From Candidatus Latescibacterota bacterium (GTDB lineage Bacteria; Latescibacterota; UBA2968), in contig OZ244960.1 of assembly GCA_965222605.1 (NCBI GenBank), positions 6,176,001 to 6,240,000 of the forward strand: a DNA stretch of 64,000 bases, given 5' to 3'. Shown here piece by piece: positions 37,294 to 46,499 of the stretch. How positions within the stretch are numbered: position 1 is the stretch's first letter; each line of letters starts with the position of its first letter. The notes under the pieces were generated by a model. That model saw only the letters and a program-made list of their open reading frames with translations, was not told where the DNA came from and searched no databases. Position numbers and translations under genes: made by a program.

Positions 37294-38478
37294 ATGAACA
37301 ACATATTATGCGTTCTGATTCTATCAATGGTGATAGGACCGCCCGATTCGGGAAAGACAGTTGATTCGAAAACGTTGGAACGCGTGAGAATCGGTGACAA
37401 GTGGGGGTTTGCCGACTCGACAGGCAAGGTGGTTATCGACCCGATATTTGACCTTACCTGGGGTTTTTCAGAGGGGTTGGCTGCGGTGAAAGTTAGGGGC
37501 AAGTGGGGGTATATCAACCCTGAAAGTGAGATCGTTATCAAGCTGCAATTTGATGAAGCCTGGTCTTTTTCAGAAGGGTTGGCTAGTGTGAAAATTGAGG
37601 ATAAGTATGGGTATATTGACAAGTTAGGCGAGGTCGTTATAAAGCCGCAATTTGGCCTGACCAAACCTTTTTGCGAGGGGCTGGCTGCTGTCGCAATTGG
37701 TCACAAGAGAGGGTATATCAATCGGGAAGGTAAAATCGTTATCAAGCCGCAATTTGACGGTGCTAAGTCTTTTAGAGAGGGATTAGCTGCTGTCGCAATT
37801 GGTCGCAAGTGGGGATATATCAACCCCGCGGGAAAGATGGTTATTAAACCACAATTTGACAATATCTCTTATTTTTTACTGGGATTGGCTGTGGTGAAAA
37901 TTGGGGACAAGAAGGGGTATATCAACAAGGCAGGTAAGATCGTTATTGAGCCGCAATTTGATGAGGCCTGGTCTTTTTCGGAAGGATTGGCGCGTGTGAA
38001 AATCGGTAGCAAGTGGGGATATATTGATCGTACAGGTGAGATGGTGATCAAGCCACAGTTTGACTATGTCCAGTCTTTTTCAAAAGGGTTGGCTATGGTG
38101 CAAAACGAGGGGTCTTGGCGATACATCGACAAGAATGGACAGTATATCAAGAATACAGATGGCAGTGGAAAGAATACGATGGGCGGTTTGCCTCCGCCGC
38201 CATCGGGTGTAATTGAGCAAGGACCAGAACTCGTGCATTCCGTATCACCAGTCTATCCCAAAGATGCCTGGAAAGCCAGATTGACCGGAAAAGTGTTTTT
38301 GAGGTTTTTGGTTGAGACGGATGGTCGCGTGAGCAATGTGACAGTGCTTAGAGGTCGAGAAGTTTTCCGGCAGGCAGCGATTGATGCTCTTATGCAATTC
38401 CGGTTCAAGCCCGCACAAATAGACGGTGAACCGATTTCTGTATGGATGACGCAGGTGATTTCATTCCATTTGAAATGA
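37294..38478 (+). CDS. WG (KWG) repeat protein with C-terminal TonB_C domain
   Basis: About 7.5 repeats of 40 aa (KWGYI..G..VI.PQFD.A.SFSEGLA.V), PPPP linker, then PVYP..A....G.V...F.V..DGRV....V......F..AA......F.PA. Confidence 0.9.
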   Translation: MNNILCVLILSMVIGPPDSGKTVDSKTLERVRIGDKWGFADSTGKVVIDPIFDLTWGFSEGLAAVKVRGKWGYINPESEIVIKLQFDEAWSFSEGLASVKIEDKYGYIDKLGEVVIKPQFGLTKPFCEGLAAVAIGHKRGYINREGKIVIKPQFDGAKSFREGLAAVAIGRKWGYINPAGKMVIKPQFDNISYFLLGLAVVKIGDKKGYINKAGKIVIEPQFDEAWSFSEGLARVKIGSKWGYIDRTGEMVIKPQFDYVQSFSKGLAMVQNEGSWRYIDKNGQYIKNTDGSGKNTMGGLPPPPSGVIEQGPELVHSVSPVYPKDAWKARLTGKVFLRFLVETDGRVSNVTVLRGREVFRQAAIDALMQFRFKPAQIDGEPISVWMTQVISFHLK

Positions 38479-38488
38479 GGTGACGCCT

Positions 38489-38725
38489 TCAAACGTCCGT
38501 AGCTTCTATTATCAAATCGGCTCTATAAAAACTGCTACGTTCATTTTTGGTAATATTCAGGGCAGTTCGGGGAATTAGAGAGATGATCTCTTCTTGAAGT
38601 AAGATTCTCGCTTTGGAGAATCCGATGTCATGGGCGATTAAGGCGGCTTCTCTGTGTGCGATATCTCTGGCATGGTAATTTCTGAGCCATACTAGGCCTA
38701 TGTCATTTTTGTCGATTTTCGTCAA
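38489..38725 (-). CDS. Hypothetical protein (78 aa)
   Basis: TTG start overlaps the upstream stop codon; no motif recognised. Confidence 0.45.
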   Translation of the reverse strand: MTKIDKNDIGLVWLRNYHARDIAHREAALIAHDIGFSKARILLQEEIISLIPRTALNITKNERSSFYRADLIIEATDV

Positions 38726-39117
38726 GAAACATCAACCGTGTCGGATTGTTTTTGGGTTTCAGGGGATAATACAGCCAAAGCAACCTTTCTTGCCCAAAAG
38801 AGATTAGGTGTTGACTCAACTATTTGCGCCAAAATTTGACCTTCCTCTGGGTTGTAATCCTGAATAATGGTCAAGTAGGCTGCAATGGATATATCCCAGG
38901 GATTTGCATAATTTTGATCAATAGGACGATTGCAGACTTCGGCAGCCCTTTCCCAGAGTTTCCTATAAGCAGAGTCATCTTCGATGCAAGCTCGAAGTTG
39001 TTTAACCTCATTTTGATTACAAACTATCGATCCAAATGTTCGAAATCCACTTGCAACGCCCACTCTGGCTCCGAACTCGAAACTTTCAATCGCTTTAAAT
39101 AAGTTTTGAAGGCTCAT
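38722..39117 (-). CDS. Hypothetical protein (131 aa)
   Basis: ATG with AAAGGGTGA RBS; AT-richer than its neighbours; no motif recognised. Confidence 0.6.
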   Translation of the reverse strand: MSLQNLFKAIESFEFGARVGVASGFRTFGSIVCNQNEVKQLRACIEDDSAYRKLWERAAEVCNRPIDQNYANPWDISIAAYLTIIQDYNPEEGQILAQIVESTPNLFWARKVALAVLSPETQKQSDTVDVS

Positions 39118-39215
39118 GGATCACCCTTTCTTTCTGTCCAGATCTCCCAATCATCAAATTGCAATGCCTCTGGAAGAGCTTTTATTTTGTGAAAATACTC
39201 CCCGCGATCATTTTC

Positions 39216-40916
39216 TCACAGCGCGAGGGCCACACCTATACCGACGATGGGAATGAGCAGGTATTTGAGAATCCCGCTGCGTTTGCCCTGGATGTTGCCG
39301 AGGATGGATGTTTCCAATTTATTGTTGCCCGTTTTGTAATACAGGCATTCTGCACCAGGGGTCGCGGCGATGGCGGTGACGCCGGGCCAGACGGGTTTAA
39401 TGCCGCCCGAGGGATAGAGGATGATGTTTTCGCGGTGGCGTTTGTAATCGCCCATTTTGACCAAAAGCGCGTATTCTCGCCCAAAAGTAATTTGATCGGG
39501 TTGAACAATAGGGCCGAGTTCGTCCTCAATTACCGTTTGCAAGCGAACCGTATCCGACGCGGTTTTGGCGGTGGGCAACCACAAACTAACGCGCGGTGAT
39601 ATGGGTAGAAAAGTGGGAACATCCGAAACTCGGAATGAAATGGGAATGGCCATGTTCCGCGTATCTTTGAGCATGTAATGACCTTTGGGAAGCGCGAGGG
39701 AAAACTCTTGCTGCCGATTGGCGATATTGTTGTTCAAAATGTGTTCGGCAAGGACAACGAGGCTGTCATACATGGCCTGTTCGCGTGGTGATGCGGCTGG
39801 AGGAACAGGTGCTTCTCGCGTGAAGCGCACCTGTTCAAAGCGCAGAGCATTGGGTTGCATGTTGCGAAGGGCGAGCCAGGCTGCATTCACGTTGACATCC
39901 AATCGACCGAGGCGGGCGTGCCATTTTTCGACAAAGCGCGTGAGGTCACCCAATCGTTGAGATGTTTTACCTGGAAGGGGATTGGGTTCTTGTTCAATGG
40001 GAAAAGGCGAGCGCTCAAGGGCTTCGCGGAAGAGTGCGTGCGCTTCTGAGAAGCGGCGGTATTTGCCAAGCAAGATACCGCGATACACATCAATTTGCGC
40101 GAGGGCGCGAATTACGCGGAGTTCGCTTTGCCCCATACGACGCACCGTGCGTTCTAACTCGCGTGTCTGCCGACTATAGCGTTTTAGTTCTTCAACAAAA
40201 GGCGTTAAGCTCGGGTCAGTCAGGCGGATAGACGCATTGGTCTCGACCGCGGGTGCTGTTTCGCCAATGGCCAGGGCAGCCGCGAGAAGTTGCGCGCTTT
40301 CGGTGCGATATTGGTCTGCTATATCCACGAGACCGGGTATGGATAATGCCGTGAGTGGCAGGTGATTGGGGGTAAGCCCAATTACTATGAGTTTGCCGCG
40401 CGGTGGAAGAAAGAATTCTTGTTCGATGAGGTTAAAACCGGGTTTGCTAATTTCGAGGTGATATTTGCCCACAAAGAGGTCCGACTCATAAGCCACATTG
40501 CCGCGTCCGATGTTGATAAACCCGGTAATGGTCGTGTCTTGATCTGCAAATCGAAGGTGAATTTCTGCACCTAAGGCTATGAGCTGATCGGATCGGATCT
40601 CCAGACGCGCTTTCTGGCGCGTGAGCGAAATATGTACCGTATCTGCTAAAACAGTTGCCGTAAATGTGCGCGTCCATGGCTGGTAGCCATGGGCAAAAGC
40701 CTGAATTTTATCGCCAATACCCAGCAACTTTTCTGTGGCAAATGGCGTATAACCCGCTTCCTGTCCATTGATGAAAACCTGGGCACCCGTAGGTTCTGAT
40801 CGAATGTGAATTTTCGGCTTTAGAAGCATCTCTGGCACAAGCTGTGTTTCCTGTGCCAGAATATGGAGCGGTGTGGTCATCAGGATGCAAAATAAGATGA
40901 ATCGCAGGGTGTTCAT
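39216..40916 (-). CDS. PEGA-domain exported protein with C-terminal hydrophobic anchor
   Basis: Signal peptide MNTLRFILFCILMTTPLHILAQE, PEGA IRSEPTGAQVFINGQEAGYTP, second Ig-like GKYHLEISKPGF, C-terminal LLIPIVGIGVALAL; ATGA overlap with the upstream gene. Confidence 0.75.
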   Translation of the reverse strand: MNTLRFILFCILMTTPLHILAQETQLVPEMLLKPKIHIRSEPTGAQVFINGQEAGYTPFATEKLLGIGDKIQAFAHGYQPWTRTFTATVLADTVHISLTRQKARLEIRSDQLIALGAEIHLRFADQDTTITGFINIGRGNVAYESDLFVGKYHLEISKPGFNLIEQEFFLPPRGKLIVIGLTPNHLPLTALSIPGLVDIADQYRTESAQLLAAALAIGETAPAVETNASIRLTDPSLTPFVEELKRYSRQTRELERTVRRMGQSELRVIRALAQIDVYRGILLGKYRRFSEAHALFREALERSPFPIEQEPNPLPGKTSQRLGDLTRFVEKWHARLGRLDVNVNAAWLALRNMQPNALRFEQVRFTREAPVPPAASPREQAMYDSLVVLAEHILNNNIANRQQEFSLALPKGHYMLKDTRNMAIPISFRVSDVPTFLPISPRVSLWLPTAKTASDTVRLQTVIEDELGPIVQPDQITFGREYALLVKMGDYKRHRENIILYPSGGIKPVWPGVTAIAATPGAECLYYKTGNNKLETSILGNIQGKRSGILKYLLIPIVGIGVALAL

Positions 40917-42289
40917 GGGGAGGTATCCTGTTTTTTGCTGAGCAGAGCACCGCTGTGTTTTTCTTCGAGCTGACGTGCTTGCACATAGTTGCCCTGACTT
41001 TTGGCAATGCGATGGAATTCCTTCCAGTAGCGTTCTGGCGCAATGCGATAGGCCATTTCTGCGGCCTGGTATGCTCTTGCACCCACATTTTGCAGATCGG
41101 AGTTGTAATAGGCAATGGCCAGGGTGATCAGGGCTTCGCCGCGGTCTTGCCATCCAAATGTGGTCACGGGATAAATGGTTGAGATCGCCTCTCGATATGC
41201 GCCCTCTTTGAGCTTTACGCTCGCCAAACTGAGCGAAAGTCCACCATAGGTATCGCATACTCTCGGTTCGTATTGGTTGTGCGCGTATGCGTATTTGGCA
41301 TATTCGACGGCTTTGGGCAAATCGTCTCGGTACGCGGTGAAGGCCATGTCGAGATAGAGGGCGGCGCGAGAGGTGTCTGACCTCGCATAGACCAGAGCGC
41401 GTTGCATCGCGTGGATTGCGTGGTCGGATTTTTCTTCTTCGCTGTGGCGCAATCCCTTGAGGCGGTAGATGGCGCAGCGCATGTTATAGCCGCCGTCAAA
41501 GCGCACCGCAGCGAGTACTTGATTGAACCAATCGGGATTGTTGCCCAAAACGCCGCGGGAAGATGCTGCGGCAATTTTGGGGATGTAAAAATCGGGTTCT
41601 ATCCCTTCAAAATTGACCTGTCCTGCTTTTTCGATCAGGTTCAGGCTGTTTTCGATATAGACGCTTAAATAAGCCTGCAGGGTATCACTCATGCTGCTGC
41701 GTTGAGGCGCGGCATAGACAATTTCCTTTTGCTCTCTACCGAGAATCGCTGTCCAAATTTCGCGCAGACCATCCTCTGCAAGATGCCATATACGATGTAG
41801 TGTATCAATTGTGGCGGGTTGAAAGCGCGTGGGTATCCAGGTGCTGTCTCGCAAATCTGGCGGGGGAAGATGCAGGGATAGAGGTTGACGGTTGTGTTCG
41901 CGTGCGAGTGCGAAGTTAGCACGCGCCATAGCGTATTTGACGGTGAGGCGGCCTTGTTCGTAGCGAACATCGGGGTCTTGCTCGCGGTCGAGTGTCTTGC
42001 GGTATGCGTTTGCACCTTTTCTGAGCATATCCAATCGGTTGGGTGCGTCCTGCCCCGTGTCGTAGGCGCGCTCGCATGCCGTGCCCAACCATATATAATA
42101 GGCACTGGTAAAAATGAGGGCGTGGTTGCACGCGCGCTCGAAATGTGCGATGGCTTCGATATATCGCTCAAGCGCGTAAGCATTGCGCCCCTGTTCAAAG
42201 GCCTGATAGGCGAGGTCGTCGTCCTTTTCCTGGGCAAAGGAAAGGGGCGGTAAAAGTAAAAAAGCGAGGATAAGGGCTATTTTTTTCAT
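40913..42289 (-). CDS. Exported TPR-like helical repeat protein
   Basis: Signal peptide MKKIALILAFLLLPPLSFAQE; TPR-like AFEQGRNAYALERYIEAIAHFERA and later helical repeats; alternative GTG start at 42301. Confidence 0.7.
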   Translation of the reverse strand: MKKIALILAFLLLPPLSFAQEKDDDLAYQAFEQGRNAYALERYIEAIAHFERACNHALIFTSAYYIWLGTACERAYDTGQDAPNRLDMLRKGANAYRKTLDREQDPDVRYEQGRLTVKYAMARANFALAREHNRQPLSLHLPPPDLRDSTWIPTRFQPATIDTLHRIWHLAEDGLREIWTAILGREQKEIVYAAPQRSSMSDTLQAYLSVYIENSLNLIEKAGQVNFEGIEPDFYIPKIAAASSRGVLGNNPDWFNQVLAAVRFDGGYNMRCAIYRLKGLRHSEEEKSDHAIHAMQRALVYARSDTSRAALYLDMAFTAYRDDLPKAVEYAKYAYAHNQYEPRVCDTYGGLSLSLASVKLKEGAYREAISTIYPVTTFGWQDRGEALITLAIAYYNSDLQNVGARAYQAAEMAYRIAPERYWKEFHRIAKSQGNYVQARQLEEKHSGALLSKKQDTSP

Positions 42290-42297
42290 AAGCGATC

Positions 42298-43656
42298 TCA
42301 CGAATTGCTCAGGGCGCGGTTGAGGAAGCGAATGCCCCGACGCGCTTCGGTTTCTATGTGAAGGGATTTGTCTATGCCCGATCGTGCGAAAATCCGAATG
42401 CCGTCGAGTTGCCCCAGTCGAAATGTGAGGATAAATGCAACGCCATCGGCGAACTGTATTTTGGCTTTGTCTGCAGCCAATGTGAGTTGGGCATTTTCAT
42501 ATATTCTGCTTTGAGGCGTTTTCAGTCGAGAGAGTGCGCGTTGGATGCGGGTCAAGCGCACGAGTTCTGCAGAGAGACCAGCCGATGTGCGAAAGCTGGA
42601 AAAACCAATGCGTCCCGCAGGTCGATAGCCTTTGAGTCCGTCGGATTCCGCTTGTTGCTCGGGCTGATCTTTGCCTGTTGATGGCAATGGGGTAGGGGTG
42701 TGCGCTGGCATGCTCATCGTGGGGCGCGCGACATGGACTTCTGGCCGTGAACCAAAAAATGATGACGGGCTTGCGCCTCTGTCCAGATTGGGTGCCGAAA
42801 CACGGGGCGGTGTTTTCAATCCGCCGAGCGACGTGCCGAGTGGCCTGTCGAGTTGGCGCGGAATATCGGGTAAAGATGCGAGTGCCAATTTCGGTTTGTC
42901 TGGCAGCGCGATTTTTGGACGTGGTGCAGGCTTTGGGAGAGCCTGTACCCTGGGTTCTGGTTCTGGTTTTGTTGCGTCGGCTTGCACATTTTTGCTAAGA
43001 TCAAAGACGCCCTGCGCGCTTACGAGCATTTCTTCAAAATTTGTGACAATGGCTTTGAATGCCCGTCCCCCCTGGGGTGGACTGGCTGCCAATAGCAAGA
43101 CGATGCCCAGCGCAAATGCGCCGGCCAATGCGGGCAAAAAGCGTTGCTGTGTGCGTTGAATAGGGGCAAACGCCAAACGGATGGGTTGCGGTTGGAGGGG
43201 CTGGACAGGCGCAAGGGCGATGGCGATTTCTATTTCATGCCGGCGAGTGGGGAAGTGCGTCCAGAGTTTGGAAAGCCCCAGGTGGTTCTGTTTGGCTACA
43301 AGTGCACATGCTTCGTGGAAAATATGGCCTTTGTAGCAGCGATTGATGATTTCGCGCGAAGGCAATTTGGAGTGGCTCGATGGCGAATCTGCGCTTGTTT
43401 TCCCCATGCGATCCTCAAAGCTGTCGATTTCCGATGGAAGAACATATCCCTGGTCTCGCAACTGTTTGGCGAGGTGTTCGATGGCTTTATGATAGTCGCT
43501 CGTAAAGTCTTCGGGCGAGGGGTAATTGCATGCTCGGCGCGCCTCAGACAAGTTGCGAGCGCGCAGTGTGGCCGATAACACGCCAAAGAGTTTGAGATGA
43601 TCCCGTCGCATGCTTTCAAGAGCGCTTTGGATCAAATTTTTTTGTTGGGGAGACAT
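42298..43656 (-). CDS. Single-TM protein with ~170-aa cytoplasmic N-terminus and Pro-rich periplasmic region (TonB/TolA/GltG-like position)
   Basis: TM FLPALAGAFALGIVLLLAAS, KPEPEPRVQALPKPAPRPK spacer; directly follows exbD. Confidence 0.6.
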   Translation of the reverse strand: MSPQQKNLIQSALESMRRDHLKLFGVLSATLRARNLSEARRACNYPSPEDFTSDYHKAIEHLAKQLRDQGYVLPSEIDSFEDRMGKTSADSPSSHSKLPSREIINRCYKGHIFHEACALVAKQNHLGLSKLWTHFPTRRHEIEIAIALAPVQPLQPQPIRLAFAPIQRTQQRFLPALAGAFALGIVLLLAASPPQGGRAFKAIVTNFEEMLVSAQGVFDLSKNVQADATKPEPEPRVQALPKPAPRPKIALPDKPKLALASLPDIPRQLDRPLGTSLGGLKTPPRVSAPNLDRGASPSSFFGSRPEVHVARPTMSMPAHTPTPLPSTGKDQPEQQAESDGLKGYRPAGRIGFSSFRTSAGLSAELVRLTRIQRALSRLKTPQSRIYENAQLTLAADKAKIQFADGVAFILTFRLGQLDGIRIFARSGIDKSLHIETEARRGIRFLNRALSNS

Positions 43657-43660
43657 GTTT

Positions 43661-44191
43661 TTACAATTTTCTTTTTTGGCTTTCAAGCCCCCATTGCACG
43701 GTCTTAAATCCGCTGGAGTTGAGGGCGTCGTACACACCAACGGTATAAGTCACGGTTGCATCGCGTTCAAAATAGAGGCGCACCAGAATATCGTTGGGCG
43801 CAAACCCATGTTGTGCCTGTAGTGCGAGTAAGGCTTTTTTTACGGATAAAAATACAGCGCGTTCAATGCTAATTTGGTCGTTATCTGCGCGGTCTTGAAA
43901 GACCATGTGCTCTTCAGTGGCAACACCGCCTTTGTCAAATTGCACATAGGATTTGCCGATGATGATCTGCAAAAACCGTTCATCTGTGGGGTGGGGTGCA
44001 GAGCCTTTTTCGTCGGGTGCTTTAATAAAGTTGAGTTTTTGTGCGTGAACAAAGCGGTTGTGCAAATTGGCGAGATGGGTTTGCCACACGTTCTGGATAA
44101 TAAAAAATGTAAGCAGCAAAAACAAGACGTCAATAAACCCTTCGCCCGTGTCTAAAAGTGCTGCCAGAGGTCGCCTGTTGCGATGTCTCAC
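43661..44191 (-). CDS. ExbD/TolR family protein
   Basis: GFIDVLFLLLTFFII TM with the conserved Asp; C-terminal RLYFERDAT....VYDAL..SG..V. Confidence 0.8.
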   Translation of the reverse strand: MRHRNRRPLAALLDTGEGFIDVLFLLLTFFIIQNVWQTHLANLHNRFVHAQKLNFIKAPDEKGSAPHPTDERFLQIIIGKSYVQFDKGGVATEEHMVFQDRADNDQISIERAVFLSVKKALLALQAQHGFAPNDILVRLYFERDATVTYTVGVYDALNSSGFKTVQWGLESQKRKL

Positions 44192-45468
44192 GCCTCACGT
44201 CTCCCCTCAACCTGATAAAAGTGCTGAATCAGGTTGAGCATGCGCGCCCGATGTTGCAGACTGTGGGCTTTGATTTTGCGTATGAGGATCATGGATAAAA
44301 TGCGTCCGAGGAATCCAATGGCTGTGGTGACAAGGGCAAAGTTGATATAGTGTGCCATTTTGAGCTGGGTTTGGGCAGGACCTTCGCCCACTTTCATCGT
44401 GTCTTCCAAAATTTTGAAGGCGTCTATCATGCCTATCACCGTGCCCAAAAGGCCCATGGTGAGCGATAGAAGACCCAACATGCCAAATCCCTCGGAGAGG
44501 CGATCTTCAATTTCATCGAAGAGAAGATAGATTTTGTCGGTGCATCGCTCGACCAATCGCGCCTGGTCAGATGCGATTTCAGATTCGACAGATGTGAGGA
44601 TGGCATATAGTTCTGTGTTTTCAGACAAGGCGTAGTCGGCGTTGTATTGACCGCCCCATAGCAGGTTAATACCTTGCTTCTGAACGATTTGCGCGTCGGA
44701 ATTGGTGAAGAAGCGGTCGGGTGACAGGTCGTGAGACAAGGCCTGGGCATAGCGTACAACCATATAGAAGGGTAAAGCAATCAGGAGCAGGATCAAAACT
44801 GTAGAAAGTGGACCACTGATGTTGGAGATATAGCGTCCGATGGATTCGGCCAAATCACCGCCGCGAACAACCGTGGGTACGGCATTGTCGGCTGCAAATG
44901 CGATTTGGATGTCCTCAAACTTGTATTCGACCATCTGCGTATTGGGCGCAATGGGACCATCGGCTGTTTGGTCAAAGTCCATCGCATAGATCCGGTTGTT
45001 GTGTTGAAAGCTCAAATCGTCGATCACGGCGCTGTGGCTGGCGTTGCGCGTGCGAATGACGAGGCTGTCGATGGGCAGGTCGGGTATTTCGATCCATTCT
45101 CGCTGTGTGCCGGTGTGATATGTCACGTCACTTCCCTGTGTGTGTATAATCACTGTGATGGGCAAAAAGCGATCCACATTTTTGAAGCGGATATCCGTGA
45201 CTGCTATTTTTTGTTTTGGATTGTCGGGTTGTTGGAATGTGACGGTAAGTGCTTTCCAAAAAGTCCCCCCCTGAAGGACTTGCCCGCCTTGCAGTCCCGT
45301 GATGGCTCCGTCGAGCCAGATTGCCGCTTTTGTGCAGATATAGAGGCCAATAAAGAGGGTAGCAAGATAAAGTGCTACCTGAGCAATGGGACTTTTTTTG
45401 ATAGTGGGATGATTCAGGATCAGTGCCATGTATTCGCGGTATTTGGGCATGCGATAAGAAATCTCCAT
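44188..45468 (-). CDS. MotA/TolQ/ExbB proton channel protein with extended N-terminal extracytoplasmic domain
   Basis: GLLGTVIGMIDAF and ALVTTAIG motifs; extra TM plus ~170-aa beta-rich domain at the N-terminus; start uncertain. Confidence 0.85.
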   Translation of the reverse strand: MEISYRMPKYREYMALILNHPTIKKSPIAQVALYLATLFIGLYICTKAAIWLDGAITGLQGGQVLQGGTFWKALTVTFQQPDNPKQKIAVTDIRFKNVDRFLPITVIIHTQGSDVTYHTGTQREWIEIPDLPIDSLVIRTRNASHSAVIDDLSFQHNNRIYAMDFDQTADGPIAPNTQMVEYKFEDIQIAFAADNAVPTVVRGGDLAESIGRYISNISGPLSTVLILLLIALPFYMVVRYAQALSHDLSPDRFFTNSDAQIVQKQGINLLWGGQYNADYALSENTELYAILTSVESEIASDQARLVERCTDKIYLLFDEIEDRLSEGFGMLGLLSLTMGLLGTVIGMIDAFKILEDTMKVGEGPAQTQLKMAHYINFALVTTAIGFLGRILSMILIRKIKAHSLQHRARMLNLIQHFYQVEGRREA

Positions 45469-45570
45469 GTGTGCGTTACGTAGCGGACAGATTTGAGCAA
45501 TTTAAGGATTTACCCAGAAATTATCCACCAAAACTTTTGGAGAGAAGCATACGGGGCGAAATTGGTACTG

Positions 45571-45623
45571 AAAAAAGGCCCCATCTGAAATCGCTTGCAC
45601 GATCTCAGATGGGACCTTTTTTT
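45571..45623 (-). terminator. Intrinsic terminator after the cupin gene (bidirectional shape)
   Basis: A6-GGCCCCATCTGA...TCAGATGGGACC-T7. Confidence 0.85.
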
Positions 45624-45644
45624 AAAGCGGAATTATCATTTCTT

Positions 45645-46376
45645 TTATCCTGCGATGATCATATAGCTCAACCATTCGCTGTGGGGATTCTCGATGTGGT
45701 AGGATGTGCCGGGGGGTAAGTGAACTGCATCACCTTCTGTAATGTGCTGTTCACCGTTGGGAATGACGAGGATGCCCTGGTTTTCGAGAATCCAGAAGCC
45801 GAGTTCTATGTCGTCATAACACCGCGCAATGCTCTGTTGGCCGGGTTGTACGGCTTCTCGGTCGATAAAGGCGATGGATTTTAAGCATCCCGTGTTTTCT
45901 TCGCCAACAGGACCGAGTTGATGCCAGCGAATTGCGCCCGCACCATCGCTTGCGGGCAAAACGTCTTCCCAGTTGCGGATCACACATTCGCCCCGGGGTT
46001 CGGTGTCGATGTTTTTGCTGAGGACGAGGTGTTCGAGCCACTCATCATTCATGTCGTTGAACATCTGATGATAAATATCGGCAGGCAAATATACGGCATC
46101 GCCGGGGCGCACGGGAAAGCGGTCGTCTCCAACGAGGACCTCGCCACTGCCGCTGAGGATGTAATACGCCTGTTCGACTTGCGGGTGTTTGTGGTGGTCA
46201 GAGGTTTTGCGTCCTTGGAGTCCGTGTTTGACAACGCCTTGAAGATTGTGCAACTGTGGTGAGTCATCTTCGTCGTGTTTGGGTGTCGCATTTCTCTGTC
46301 TTAATCCCGGCCAGCGAATCGCGCTCAGATGCGCCACTTCGGGTTGCTGATCTCGCCAGTTTTTGATGTGTGCCAT
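45645..46376 (-). CDS. Bicupin domain protein
   Basis: HHKH..EQAYYILSGSG...PGDAVYLPADIYH, plus a second degenerate cupin GDAVHLPPG..Y. Confidence 0.85.
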   Translation of the reverse strand: MAHIKNWRDQQPEVAHLSAIRWPGLRQRNATPKHDEDDSPQLHNLQGVVKHGLQGRKTSDHHKHPQVEQAYYILSGSGEVLVGDDRFPVRPGDAVYLPADIYHQMFNDMNDEWLEHLVLSKNIDTEPRGECVIRNWEDVLPASDGAGAIRWHQLGPVGEENTGCLKSIAFIDREAVQPGQQSIARCYDDIELGFWILENQGILVIPNGEQHITEGDAVHLPPGTSYHIENPHSEWLSYMIIAG

Positions 46377-46499
46377 ATTTGCCTCTTGTTAGTGTGGAAA
46401 AATTTGTGGGACACTAAGTTAATACGATTGTCTTGTGCCGCAATTCAAAAGTAGGTGGGGGATTCTCTTAATATTAATTGTGTAAAAAGGAGATCGACA

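Noticed and set aside
40917-41258. 114-aa N-terminal extension of the PEGA ORF, and similar extensions on the enolase-family gene, galU, mreB, asd and hsp20
   Set aside because: The extensions overlap upstream genes or regulatory elements; downstream starts have an RBS, a signal peptide or family-typical N-termini.
43661-45468. Flagellar motAB or tolQR of Tol-Pal
   Set aside because: The partner lacks the OmpA-like domain of MotB, and there are no tolB, pal or flagellar genes nearby.
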